From: Aulosira sp. ZfuVER01
GTDB taxonomy: Bacteria > Cyanobacteriota > Cyanobacteriia > Cyanobacteriales > Nostocaceae
Assembly: GCA_034530615.2 (NCBI GenBank)
Contig: JAVRCV020000080.1
Span: 28,380 to 92,379 of the forward strand
Reading direction: 5' to 3'
Length of the DNA: 64,000 bases
Within the stretch, counting starts at the first letter, position 1, and each line of letters opens with the position of its first letter. Positions 31,546 to 41,699 of the stretch are shown in pieces. The position numbers and the translations under genes were made by a program. The notes under the pieces were generated by a model. The model made no database searches. It was not told the DNA's origin and worked only from the letters and a program-made list of their open reading frames with translations.

Positions 31546-32805
31546 TTAAGCTAGCCATAAATCTTGAGAAAATCTGATAGAAAAGGTTGCTATGAGAATA
31601 GCGAAGAAACTGATAATTGCATATCCCCAACGAGGGTAACGAGCAAGCAACAATCCCAATCCTACTGATAATGACACAATACCGTAAGCATAGCGCTCAA
31701 CAGACAAGGTATTCCCAATGTTGAGAATTAACAAAAAAGAGCAAAAGCCGTAGACAACAGCTGCTAAAGGAATTTTATTCCTAGAAATCCATAAAAAATA
31801 AATACCACCAAAAACCAGCAAAATTTTAATATATGGATCGCCTCCTAATAGCCATAGTGTTAAATTTAACAGATAAAATCCGAGTATCAGTTTGATAGAA
31901 GCGAACTTATGACGGAAGTGCCATAATAAACAACCGCTAATAATACAGATTGTAAACAGCAGAGGATGTAATAAGTCTTGAATTTGACTAGACTGTGCAT
32001 TAACTGGGCCTATGACAACTAACATCAGGTTATACCACCAACCTTGCCAGTCAAAACCTGCTGACGAACGCCATCCTTTTTGTGCGTGAATAAAAGCTAA
32101 CGCATCACCAAATTTAATTTGGCAATACAAACTATAAATAGATACACCTAATCCCACGGCTAAACTAGCAATATAAGCTTTTATACCTCTGCGTTCTTTC
32201 CAAGAAACAAATAAAAACGCAGGTATCAGCGCCATTCCTGGAGATCTTGTTGCGGTGGATAATGCACCCCAGAAGGCTACCGAGAGATACTTTTGTTTGT
32301 CAAAGGCTCGTAAGGCAGCTGTGGTAAATAATAAAAACAAACCTTCAGTGTATATAACTGTTCCATAAACAGAATAAGGACACCATGCTAAAGTTGCTGT
32401 AGCCCACCTTGCCGCATTTGTACCGTAATTCTCTTCTACCCAAAAATACAGCACAATCAAAGCAGCTAAAAATGCCAAATTATTCAAAAGCACACCTGCT
32501 ACTTCATAAGGCAATCCGAGGCACATAATGAGATGAATTAATAAAGGAAAAAGTGGGAAGAAAGCAACAGCACTCTGTCCATATTCGTTGGTATATCCAT
32601 AGCCAAAAGTAGAAATTATCTGATACCAAATACTATCCCAAGCGGAAAAAACATTCCAACTAAATGTAGCAGCAATACCATTTGGTGGAGTTGGTAGTAA
32701 AGGAGCAATAAATAACATAGCAATAACAATTAGTAGGCGGCTAGATAGCCACATTGCTATGGCAAAGAATAAACTATTTTTCAGTAATTCTTTAGTTTTT
32801 ATCAT
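31546..32805 (-). CDS. PIG-V-like mannosyltransferase family protein (GT-C)
   Basis: WDSIWY, AFFPLFP, YTEGLF, STATRSPG, ERY; many TM helices. Confidence 0.8.
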   Translation of the reverse strand: MIKTKELLKNSLFFAIAMWLSSRLLIVIAMLFIAPLLPTPPNGIAATFSWNVFSAWDSIWYQIISTFGYGYTNEYGQSAVAFFPLFPLLIHLIMCLGLPYEVAGVLLNNLAFLAALIVLYFWVEENYGTNAARWATATLAWCPYSVYGTVIYTEGLFLLFTTAALRAFDKQKYLSVAFWGALSTATRSPGMALIPAFLFVSWKERRGIKAYIASLAVGLGVSIYSLYCQIKFGDALAFIHAQKGWRSSAGFDWQGWWYNLMLVVIGPVNAQSSQIQDLLHPLLFTICIISGCLLWHFRHKFASIKLILGFYLLNLTLWLLGGDPYIKILLVFGGIYFLWISRNKIPLAAVVYGFCSFLLILNIGNTLSVERYAYGIVSLSVGLGLLLARYPRWGYAIISFFAILIATFSIRFSQDLWLA

Positions 32806-32851
32806 TGAAATAGCTCATCTGTATATTTATTGTTTAAATAGAAAGATACAT

Positions 32852-34219
32852 TTAACCCAACCAGTTATCTTGACCATAGCGTACCCATTGCTGTATGAGA
32901 ACAATTGCTGAAAGTGAAATTAAACAGAACAGAGTGTTATATTTTGTCTTTCCAGGTATACAGCGATATAAATATCCAATAGCTACAAATAAGAAAGGCA
33001 TAGCAAAAACATATCTCCCTAAACTAAACAGACTACCTTGGGTTAAAAATACTATCAGAGAGTGAGCGACAGTAAAATAAATACAAAACCAAAAAATATA
33101 ATTTTTTCCTAAACTATGCGCATAATTTGATAATTTAAAATTACTTTGCGATTTATTTTTATTGGCTTTAACAAAGTTAAATAAATACCCAACAATTAAC
33201 AAAGGAGGATACAGAAATAATATATTCAACCATATCCTAAATTTAGGAACAACTATGTATGGCTCAGGCTGAATTACTTTTAGATAAACAAACGTAAGTG
33301 ATAAAAACAAAACAATTAACGGGAAATAAAGCCCTAATAAGTCAATTAGCAAGCTTTTGGGAATAAATAATAGTTCTAAATGCAAGCCAAAACTTTTTCC
33401 CCAGTCACTTTGGTCATGGAAGGGTGCAAGGAAATCGCCTCTAGTATGCCAACAGAAAATTCCGTAAACAGCATATCCTAATAATGCTGATATCCATACA
33501 GTGATAGTCAGTTTTAGCTCATGCCGATATCTTTGCAAATTCCTTAATACATTACTTATAGAATATTTTTCTAATTGTATGCATTTCCATATAGTAATTG
33601 TGAAAATAGCTGCTGTGGTTGAGAAAAGTGTTTGGACTAGTATTGGTCTAGTTAAAGACATCAAAAATGTTACAACAAACAAAAAAAGTAGCTTGAAATT
33701 ATGATTAATGTTTAATTTTGGCAAGCATATCCAAATAAAAAATATGCTAAAAAATGTGAATAAACTTTCTGTGTAACCTATGACGCGAAATATTGCCATA
33801 GGATTAATAGCATAAGCTAAACTCAAAATAAATGCTAAATAAAAACTTTTTAAAGCTGTATGTAAAAGCCAAAAAAATAAAAATGTACAAATAAAAAATA
33901 AAATAGTTGCAGAAACTAAAAAATAGTGTGCAGCTTGTTCTATTGTTTGGGGATGAAAGATATTACGGATGAGGAATGGCCATAGAGGATAAAAAGCTTT
34001 GCAAGTAGGATTTATAGCCATTTCTGCATAAGCTTCTACGTCCCAGTAGTAACTCTTGTGGGGTGCAACTGGAGGTATTTCTCGAAATAACCTAGATGCA
34101 GAAAAAAACTTATGAAAAGCTTCTGGATAAATTAGCATTCCTGCAACAGCGCAAAGAATAAAGACAATGCAGATAATTAAAGGTAATACCCAACTAATAA
34201 TACTTTTTTTCTTAGCCAC
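32852..34219 (-). CDS. Divergent PIG-V-like GT-C membrane protein
   Basis: YWDVEAY, AFYPLWP, YTESLF, SLTRP, SLGRY; AT-rich. Confidence 0.7.
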   Translation of the reverse strand: MAKKKSIISWVLPLIICIVFILCAVAGMLIYPEAFHKFFSASRLFREIPPVAPHKSYYWDVEAYAEMAINPTCKAFYPLWPFLIRNIFHPQTIEQAAHYFLVSATILFFICTFLFFWLLHTALKSFYLAFILSLAYAINPMAIFRVIGYTESLFTFFSIFFIWICLPKLNINHNFKLLFLFVVTFLMSLTRPILVQTLFSTTAAIFTITIWKCIQLEKYSISNVLRNLQRYRHELKLTITVWISALLGYAVYGIFCWHTRGDFLAPFHDQSDWGKSFGLHLELLFIPKSLLIDLLGLYFPLIVLFLSLTFVYLKVIQPEPYIVVPKFRIWLNILFLYPPLLIVGYLFNFVKANKNKSQSNFKLSNYAHSLGKNYIFWFCIYFTVAHSLIVFLTQGSLFSLGRYVFAMPFLFVAIGYLYRCIPGKTKYNTLFCLISLSAIVLIQQWVRYGQDNWLG

Positions 34220-34282
34220 CTAGTATTATGTCTCCCCCCAACAATAACTTTAGTAACTAGTAAATCAACTGAGAAATAATAA

Positions 34283-35668
34283 CTATTTTTTAATAAATAA
34301 ATATACATCATCACGTTGATATTGCAACTTAAATCTAGAATTAGCTTGCAATTTATTTACTAAACTTATAGCAAACTCTCGATTACTTGCCCAACCTGGA
34401 TGGCGAACATTCAACAATACATATTCAAAGTTATTAAAATCTGCTGGGGGTGAATCAGTATTTGTAAACTGAATCAATTCTCGTTCGCTTAAATGGGGAG
34501 CAATTTGTGCTGTAGTATAAACATTTCCTTGAGTTGAAACTTGAGAGATGGCTTGTTTTGTAGCTTGCCAATTATCTACAGACTCTAAATATATTCCACC
34601 AAAATGAGTAAACTTCGCTAGACTCAAGAACGCTACTAATGACCATAAAATAATTCCACGTTTGTTTTGTAGCCATCCCCTACCTTGAGCGAGGCTAGAA
34701 ATTACAGCTAAAATTAGGAATGGTAGTGCTGGGACAGAGTATTGATGTACCAAGTCTTTTTGAGCGTTATAGTCTGCAAGAATGTTGAGAGCTACACAAG
34801 GAATAGCACCAATTAATGGCTGCATATTTTGAGGAGATAACCCCCAAATTACAGGTGCTACTAGTAGAATTAAATACCCTAAGTTATCTAGAGAAAAAAC
34901 CTTTGATAAAATTATTCCTGGACGAGTTAGTAGGTTTTTTGCAATATCTAAAACAGAGTTACCTAAATAGCTGTAACGTCCCACTGCTGCTGCTTCTGCG
35001 CCACTGAAAAAAGGAATAATCAGTTGAGTTGCGATCGCAAACCAAACAATACCTGCAAAAATAGCGATCGCACCACATAAACGCCGTTTCTCAAATACCA
35101 GCAGCCAAAGTCCCATAGCCGCCACTGTCAGAGATAAGACGGCTTTACATCCTAATACGAGGAGAATGCTGGCACAAAACCACCAAACCTTTCCGCTTCT
35201 TGCTGCCAAAACTGCCGCCAGTAGCCCTGGAATGGCTATGACTTCTGGATGGAAATCAAATAAATTGACATTAAATACTAATGGATATAGAAGGTAAACA
35301 GCTGCCATTGCTAGTGATTGGCTGTCCTTTAATCCAGCCTGACGCCCTAGGTAGCATGTTGGCAAAGCACCCAATGCCAATGCAATTGCCTGCACAGCAA
35401 ATAACCAATCAACACTGGGGTAAATTTTGTACAGTAAAGCTAACGGATACCATATCCAAGCAGCATGATCTCCAAGTATGTGGAAACCCATGAAAGAAGA
35501 AATAGGCGCTTTTCCTTGACTAATTAAATAAACTGCCTGGTCAAAAATTCCTAAATCATAAGCGGTAGATTGAAATAATTCATGTCGTAAGCTGCTAGAG
35601 ATAAATAGAATTATGGCACTGATGCCTATCATCCAAATCACACCACTCAACTTAAGTTCTTCTTTCAT
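34283..35668 (-). CDS. DUF2079 membrane protein (predicted GT-C), copy 4
   Basis: DLGIFDQAVYLISQG, GDHAA, NLFDFHPE. Confidence 0.85.
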   Translation of the reverse strand: MKEELKLSGVIWMIGISAIILFISSSLRHELFQSTAYDLGIFDQAVYLISQGKAPISSFMGFHILGDHAAWIWYPLALLYKIYPSVDWLFAVQAIALALGALPTCYLGRQAGLKDSQSLAMAAVYLLYPLVFNVNLFDFHPEVIAIPGLLAAVLAARSGKVWWFCASILLVLGCKAVLSLTVAAMGLWLLVFEKRRLCGAIAIFAGIVWFAIATQLIIPFFSGAEAAAVGRYSYLGNSVLDIAKNLLTRPGIILSKVFSLDNLGYLILLVAPVIWGLSPQNMQPLIGAIPCVALNILADYNAQKDLVHQYSVPALPFLILAVISSLAQGRGWLQNKRGIILWSLVAFLSLAKFTHFGGIYLESVDNWQATKQAISQVSTQGNVYTTAQIAPHLSERELIQFTNTDSPPADFNNFEYVLLNVRHPGWASNREFAISLVNKLQANSRFKLQYQRDDVYLFIKK

Positions 35669-35775
35669 AAAGTTACAGTTGAATCATCTAAATTCTTGAG
35701 AATAATGAATTAACTACAGAGATATAGAGACACAGAGAAATTAATTATAAAGAACAATATATATTTTTATAAATG

Positions 35776-37167
35776 CTATTTTTTAGTAAATAAATAAACT
35801 TCATCTTGTTGATACTGTAATTTTATTGGCTGCTTTTGTAGTTTTTTAACTAAGCTAACTGCTAATTCTTTAGACATAGATAGGCCAGGTTGACGAGTAT
35901 TAATTAATATATAATCAAATGTATTAAAATTATCTGGTAGAGCATCACGATTCATCAAATAAATAAATTGTCTGTGGCTTAGATGGGGGGCAAGTTCATC
36001 TGTAGTTAAGACAGTGCCTTGAGTTTCAACCAGAGCGATCGCTTCTCTTGTAGCTTGCCAATTATCGAGATTTTTCAGATATTTTCCAGTAAAATAGGTA
36101 AACTTTGCTAGGCTCAAAAAAGCAACTAACGACCATAAGATAATCGTTCGTTTATTTTGTAACCATCCTCGACCTGTGGCTAGTGTATTAATTACAGCTA
36201 ATAATAAGAATGGTAAAATAGGTAAGGAATACTGGTGCAGCAATTCTTTTTGAGGTTGGTATTCAGCTAATAGGTTAATACCTAGAGAAGGAATAGCAGC
36301 AACTAAAGGTGTTATTCCCTGAAGTGAAAAACCCCAAATTACAGGTGCTATCAGTAAAATTAAGTATCCTAAGTTATCGGTTGAAAACAAATTTCCGAAT
36401 ATAATCTCTGGTTTACTTAACAAGTTTTGGGGTATTTCTGAGAACGAGTTACCTAAATAGCTATAGCGCCCAATATGACGTTCTATTGAGGCTGCTTCAG
36501 TTCCAAAATAAGGGATTATTGCTTTAGTAGCGATCGCAAACCAAACGATACCTGAGAAAATAGCGATCGCACCACATAAACGCCGCTTTTCAAATATCAG
36601 CAGCCAAATTCCCATCGCCGCAACAGTTAGAGACAAAACTGCCTTACAACCCAAAATGACGAGTATGCTGGCACAAAACCACCAAATTTTTCCGCCTCTT
36701 GCTGCTAAAACTGACCCTAAAAGTGCCGGGACAGCCATAACTTCTGGATGAAAGTCAAACAGGTTGACATTAAAAATTAGTGGATAAAGTAAGTACACAA
36801 CTGGTATTGCTAGGGCTTGGCTATCCTTCAATCCAGCTTGACGTGCTAGATACCATGTCGGTAAAGCACCTAGTGCTAAAGCGATCGCCTGTACAGCAAA
36901 TAACCAATAAACACTAGGATGAATTTTGTACAGTAAAGCTAAAGGATAGAGAATCCAAGCAGCATGATCGCCAAGAATATGAAATCCAATCAAAGAAGAA
37001 ATAGGTGATTTTCCTTGACTAATTAAATAAATTGCTTGGTCGAAAATTCCTAAATCCCAAGCAAGAGATTGAAATAATTCATGCCGTAAACTGCTACACG
37101 CAAATAAAATTAAGGCACTGATGCCTATCATCCAACTTACACCACCAAATTCCAGTTTTTTCTCCAT
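35776..37167 (-). CDS. DUF2079 membrane protein, copy 3
   Basis: Same motifs; FHPEV variant. Confidence 0.85.
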   Translation of the reverse strand: MEKKLEFGGVSWMIGISALILFACSSLRHELFQSLAWDLGIFDQAIYLISQGKSPISSLIGFHILGDHAAWILYPLALLYKIHPSVYWLFAVQAIALALGALPTWYLARQAGLKDSQALAIPVVYLLYPLIFNVNLFDFHPEVMAVPALLGSVLAARGGKIWWFCASILVILGCKAVLSLTVAAMGIWLLIFEKRRLCGAIAIFSGIVWFAIATKAIIPYFGTEAASIERHIGRYSYLGNSFSEIPQNLLSKPEIIFGNLFSTDNLGYLILLIAPVIWGFSLQGITPLVAAIPSLGINLLAEYQPQKELLHQYSLPILPFLLLAVINTLATGRGWLQNKRTIILWSLVAFLSLAKFTYFTGKYLKNLDNWQATREAIALVETQGTVLTTDELAPHLSHRQFIYLMNRDALPDNFNTFDYILINTRQPGLSMSKELAVSLVKKLQKQPIKLQYQQDEVYLFTKK

Positions 37168-37188
37168 GCCATTAATCAAAACTAATTT

Positions 37189-38616
37189 TTACATCTGCTT
37201 ATTTTTCCCAAATAAATACACATCATCGCGCTGATATTTTAAGTTAAATTTTTGGTTATTTTTTAATTGACTAGCTAAACCATTGGCAAATTCTTGAGTA
37301 CTAAAATGATGACGAAGGTTTAGTAAGACATAATCAAATACATTTAAATTTACTGGTGGGGCAGTTGCATCTGTTAACTTAATTAATGGTCGATGGGCTA
37401 AATGAGGAGCAATATTATATGTAGTCAGCATACTACCTTGAGTTTGAACTAAGGCGATCGCTTCTCTTGTAGCTTGCAGAGTGTCTGAATACCACATTTG
37501 TTTTGAGCTAATAAAAGGAATCTTTGCTAAAGCTAAAAACCCTACTAACGACCAAAGAATAATAGCTCGTTTTTGTTTTAGCCATACTCTACCTGCTGCT
37601 AGATTGGCAATTACAGCTACCATCAAAAACGGTAAAACAGGTAATGAATAATGACGAATTAAATCTTTTTGTGATGGATGATCGGCAAGAATATTTAGTA
37701 ATAAGCAAGGAATAGCACTAATCAAAGCTGTTAAACCTTGAGGTGCTAGCCCCCAAACCATAGGTAATAATAGCAGCAGTAAGTATCCTAAATTAGATAA
37801 AGTAAAAATTTTTTCTAAAATAATCCCTGGTTGCATTAGCAGAATTTTAGCCATTTCTGAAAATGAGTTTCCTAAATAACTATATCGATAGAAATGACGC
37901 TCTACTAATGCTGCTTCACCACCAAATACAGGGATGATAAATTTGTTAGCGATCGCAAACCAGACAATACTTGTAAAAATAGCGATCGCACCACATAAAA
38001 GCTTTTTCTCAAAACAAAGTAACCAAACTCCCATAGCCGCAATTGTCAGAGAAAATACCGCTTTGCATCCCAAGACTATAAGAATGCTGCAACAAAACCA
38101 ACCAATTTGTCCTAACCTTGCTGCTAAAACTGCCCATAACATTGCTGGAACAGCGATCGCATCTGGATGGAAATCAAATAAATTGGCATTATAGACTAAT
38201 GGAGACAATAGATAAACTGCTACTATTGCAACTCTTTGACTGTTTTTCAACCCAGCCTGACGCGCTAAATACCATATAGGTAAAGCACCTAAAGCTAAAG
38301 CAGTTGACTGTACAGCAAATAACCAATAAACACTAGGGTAAATTTTGTACAGTAAAGCCAAGGGATACAATATCAAAGCAGCATGGTCAGCCAGAATATG
38401 AAAACCTAAAAATGATGAAATTGGCGGTTGTCCTTGACTAATTAAGTAAACCGCCTGGTCAAAAATTCCTAAATCCCACGCGCCTGAATCAAATTTTTCA
38501 TGTCTAAAGATGCTGGAGATAAATAAAAATAAGGTACTGATGCCAATCATCCAAATAATAGGATTCCTTAGCCAATTTGATGATATATATTTAACTTCTC
38601 TTGTTTGATTTCTCAT
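37189..38616 (-). CDS. DUF2079 membrane protein, copy 2
   Basis: Same motifs; FHPDA variant. Confidence 0.85.
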   Translation of the reverse strand: MRNQTREVKYISSNWLRNPIIWMIGISTLFLFISSIFRHEKFDSGAWDLGIFDQAVYLISQGQPPISSFLGFHILADHAALILYPLALLYKIYPSVYWLFAVQSTALALGALPIWYLARQAGLKNSQRVAIVAVYLLSPLVYNANLFDFHPDAIAVPAMLWAVLAARLGQIGWFCCSILIVLGCKAVFSLTIAAMGVWLLCFEKKLLCGAIAIFTSIVWFAIANKFIIPVFGGEAALVERHFYRYSYLGNSFSEMAKILLMQPGIILEKIFTLSNLGYLLLLLLPMVWGLAPQGLTALISAIPCLLLNILADHPSQKDLIRHYSLPVLPFLMVAVIANLAAGRVWLKQKRAIILWSLVGFLALAKIPFISSKQMWYSDTLQATREAIALVQTQGSMLTTYNIAPHLAHRPLIKLTDATAPPVNLNVFDYVLLNLRHHFSTQEFANGLASQLKNNQKFNLKYQRDDVYLFGKNKQM

Positions 38617-38674
38617 CAATTTTTAATTTGATAATTAAGTTATCAAAGTTATGAATTAAATTCCCTATCAGCAA

Positions 38675-40075
38675 TTAACTTTTAATAAATAAATACACAT
38701 CATCACGCTGATAACTCAACTTGAATTCGGTGCGATTTTTTAACTTTTGTACCAAGCTGGCAGAAAATTCTGGCTGATAAGACCAAAGTCCAGTGTGGCG
38801 GATATTCAGCAAAACATAATCAAACTCTGTTAAGTCATTGGGTGGGGAATTAGCATCTATCAGCTTGATTATTTGTCGATGTGTTACGTGGGGGGCAATT
38901 ATATCTGTAGTGTAAATACTTCCTGTTGTTTGAATTTGGGCGATCGCTTCTCTTGTGGCTTGCCAAGTATCGAGATAACTCAAATATTTTGTCCAAAAAA
39001 AGCCATACTTACCCAAGCTTAAAAAAGCTATTAATGACCACAAAATAATTGCTCGTTTATTTTGTAGTAATCCTCTACCTGCTGATAGACTTTTTATGAT
39101 TGCCAATAATAGAAACGGCAAAATTGGTAAAGAATACTGAAATACTAAATCTTTTTGATGTTGATAATCAGCTATCAAATTGATTGCTAAAGGAGGAATA
39201 GCAGCTACCAAAGGCGTTATAGCAGGTAGAGAAAGCCCCCAAATTATAGGCGCAAACAGCAAAAGCAAATAGGAAAAGTTATCAAATGAGAGTATCTTTT
39301 CTAAAACAATTTCTGGTTTAAAAAGAAACGTTTGAGCTATTTCGGGAAAGGATTTTCCGAGATAGCTATAACGATAAATATGACGTTCGACTGATGCCGC
39401 AGAGCCACCAAAATAAGGGATGATTCCTTTGGTAGCGATCGCAAACCAAACAAGACCACTCAAAAGAGCGATCGCACCATATAAACGTCGTTTTTCAAAT
39501 ATCAGCAGCCACAGTCCCATTGCAGCGATGCTGAGAGCAAATACTGCTTTACATCCCAACACTATAAAGATGCTGCCACAAAACCACCAAATTTTTCCGT
39601 CTCTTGCTGCCAAAACTGCTGTCAGTATTGCGGGTACAGCGATCGCATCTGGATGGAAATCAAACAAATTGATATTAAAAATTAGTGGATACAGCAAGTA
39701 TGCCGTTGCTAAGGCTATTGCTTGACTTTCCTTCAATCCCGCTTGCAGAGCTAAATACCATGTCGGTAAAGCACCTAAGGCCAAAGCCATCGCCTGTACA
39801 GCAAATAACCAGTAGACACTGGGGTATATTTTGTACAGTAAAGCCAAAGGATACAAGATCCAAGCAGCATGGTCAGCTAAAACGTGAAAGCCAACGAAAG
39901 ACGAAATAGGTGGCTTTCCTTGACTAATTAAGTAAACCGCCTGGTCAAAAAATCCTAAATCCCAAGCACCTGATTGAAATAGCTGATGTCGTAAGCTGCT
40001 ACAAGCAAACAAAATTAAGGCACTAACGCCAATCATCCAACTAACTGGAGCAAGCTGATTCAGTTTTTTTCCCAT
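38675..40075 (-). CDS. DUF2079 membrane protein, copy 1
   Basis: Same motifs; FHPDA variant. Confidence 0.85.
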   Translation of the reverse strand: MGKKLNQLAPVSWMIGVSALILFACSSLRHQLFQSGAWDLGFFDQAVYLISQGKPPISSFVGFHVLADHAAWILYPLALLYKIYPSVYWLFAVQAMALALGALPTWYLALQAGLKESQAIALATAYLLYPLIFNINLFDFHPDAIAVPAILTAVLAARDGKIWWFCGSIFIVLGCKAVFALSIAAMGLWLLIFEKRRLYGAIALLSGLVWFAIATKGIIPYFGGSAASVERHIYRYSYLGKSFPEIAQTFLFKPEIVLEKILSFDNFSYLLLLFAPIIWGLSLPAITPLVAAIPPLAINLIADYQHQKDLVFQYSLPILPFLLLAIIKSLSAGRGLLQNKRAIILWSLIAFLSLGKYGFFWTKYLSYLDTWQATREAIAQIQTTGSIYTTDIIAPHVTHRQIIKLIDANSPPNDLTEFDYVLLNIRHTGLWSYQPEFSASLVQKLKNRTEFKLSYQRDDVYLFIKS

Positions 40076-40366
40076 GCCATCAAGAAGCGATTAAAAATTT
40101 TAAGTGGAAAAAACCAGGCTTACCAAGTTGCAATTTAGATATATTACTCGAAAAGGTAGCGCAGCAGATGATATGGAACGGTAGATAACTAGCGTTACGG
40201 ACTAGAGTTCATATTTTCTTTGCATAAATCAGGATTTCGGATATCAAACCACAGATAAATCTTGACAATTTGTTTTGATCCCAAGTTGCAACGATTCTAG
40301 CGATCGCTTTGATGAAGGAGTCCTCAGCAATTTATAGTGAGAGTTGTCTGTAAATCTTAAACAATT

Positions 40367-41563
40367 GTGAAAGCTATTACTCTTGTTGGTTCCACTGGCT
40401 CTATTGGTACTCAGACTCTAGATATTGTTGCCCAGTACCCAGATCAGTTTCGGATTGTAGGATTGGCAGCAGGGAGCAATGTAGAAATGTTGGCTGCTCA
40501 AATTCGGCAGTTTCGACCGCAGATAGCAGCCATTTGTTTAGAAGATAAATTGCCAACGCTGCAAGAAGCAATCAAAGACCTCGATCCCCAGCCAATTCTG
40601 CTAGCAGGCGAAGCTGGAGTTATAGAAGTTGCTCGCTATGGCGATGCTGAAACAGTCGTTACTGGGATCGTTGGTTGTGCGGGATTACTCCCCACCATCG
40701 CTGCTATTGAAGCTGGTAAAGATATAGCCTTGGCGAACAAAGAAACTCTCATCGCTGGCGGGCCTGTGGTTCTACCTTTAGTAGAAAAACACGGAGTAAA
40801 ACTACTACCAGCAGACTCAGAGCATTCCGCAATATTTCAATGCCTCCAAGGTGTGCCAAAAGGCGGTTTGAGAAAGATTTTGCTCACTGCTTCTGGCGGA
40901 GCTTTCCGAGATTGGGAGGTAGAAAAGTTAGCAGAAGTGACTGTTGCCGATGCCCTGAAGCATCCTAACTGGTCGATGGGACGTAAAATCACCGTAGACT
41001 CTGCTACTTTGATGAATAAAGGGTTAGAAGTCATTGAGGCGCATTTTCTTTTTGGTTTGGATTATGACCAAATCGAGATTGTTATCCATCCCCAAAGCAT
41101 TATTCACTCGCTGATTGAACTGCAAGATACTTCAGTTTTAGCCCAACTCGGCTGGCCAGATATGCGCTTACCCCTACTCTATGCTTTATCTTGGCCCGAT
41201 CGCATCTACACTGACTGGGAAAGATTGGATTTGGTGAAAGCTGGAAACTTAACCTTCCGGGAGCCAGACCATCAGAAGTATCCTTGTATGCGGCTAGCTT
41301 ATGCTGTGGGTCAGGCTGGTGGTTCAATGCCTGCTGTGTTGAATGCTGCCAATGAACAAGCTGTGGCTTTATTTTTAGAAGAAAAAATTCGCTTTTTAGA
41401 TATTCCTCGTTGTATTGAATGGGTGTGCGATCGCCATCAAAATGATAACTGTAAAAATCCCTCTTTAGATGACATTTTGGCAGCAGATAAATGGGCAAGA
41501 CAAGAAGTTTTAATAGCAACTGAAAATTTAGCCAGCCACTCGCGAGTAATTTCACTGCGATAA
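40367..41563 (+). CDS. dxr: 1-deoxy-D-xylulose-5-phosphate reductoisomerase
   Basis: GSTGSIG, LANKE, PADSEH, HPNWSMG. Confidence 0.97.
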   Translation: MKAITLVGSTGSIGTQTLDIVAQYPDQFRIVGLAAGSNVEMLAAQIRQFRPQIAAICLEDKLPTLQEAIKDLDPQPILLAGEAGVIEVARYGDAETVVTGIVGCAGLLPTIAAIEAGKDIALANKETLIAGGPVVLPLVEKHGVKLLPADSEHSAIFQCLQGVPKGGLRKILLTASGGAFRDWEVEKLAEVTVADALKHPNWSMGRKITVDSATLMNKGLEVIEAHFLFGLDYDQIEIVIHPQSIIHSLIELQDTSVLAQLGWPDMRLPLLYALSWPDRIYTDWERLDLVKAGNLTFREPDHQKYPCMRLAYAVGQAGGSMPAVLNAANEQAVALFLEEKIRFLDIPRCIEWVCDRHQNDNCKNPSLDDILAADKWARQEVLIATENLASHSRVISLR

Positions 41564-41569
41564 AAAACC

Positions 41570-41601
41570 AAACCCAACAAAACCAAGAATTTGTTGGGTT
41601 T
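41570..41601. terminator. Hairpin between convergent dxr and antiporter genes
   Basis: AAACCCAACAA...TTGTTGGGTTT. Confidence 0.55.
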
Positions 41602-41699
41602 TACTTTCTTTATAACTGGGGAAATAATGGATAAAAAGTAGGAGAGATTGGGGATAAATAACTAATAAGTTTTGTCTTCTTAACAAATGACAAAAAATT

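Noticed and set aside
28583..35030. Apparent HIP1 gap suggesting horizontal transfer
   Set aside because: A similar ~6-kb gap was seen by eye over the core pilC-pilT-pilB genes, so it is not diagnostic
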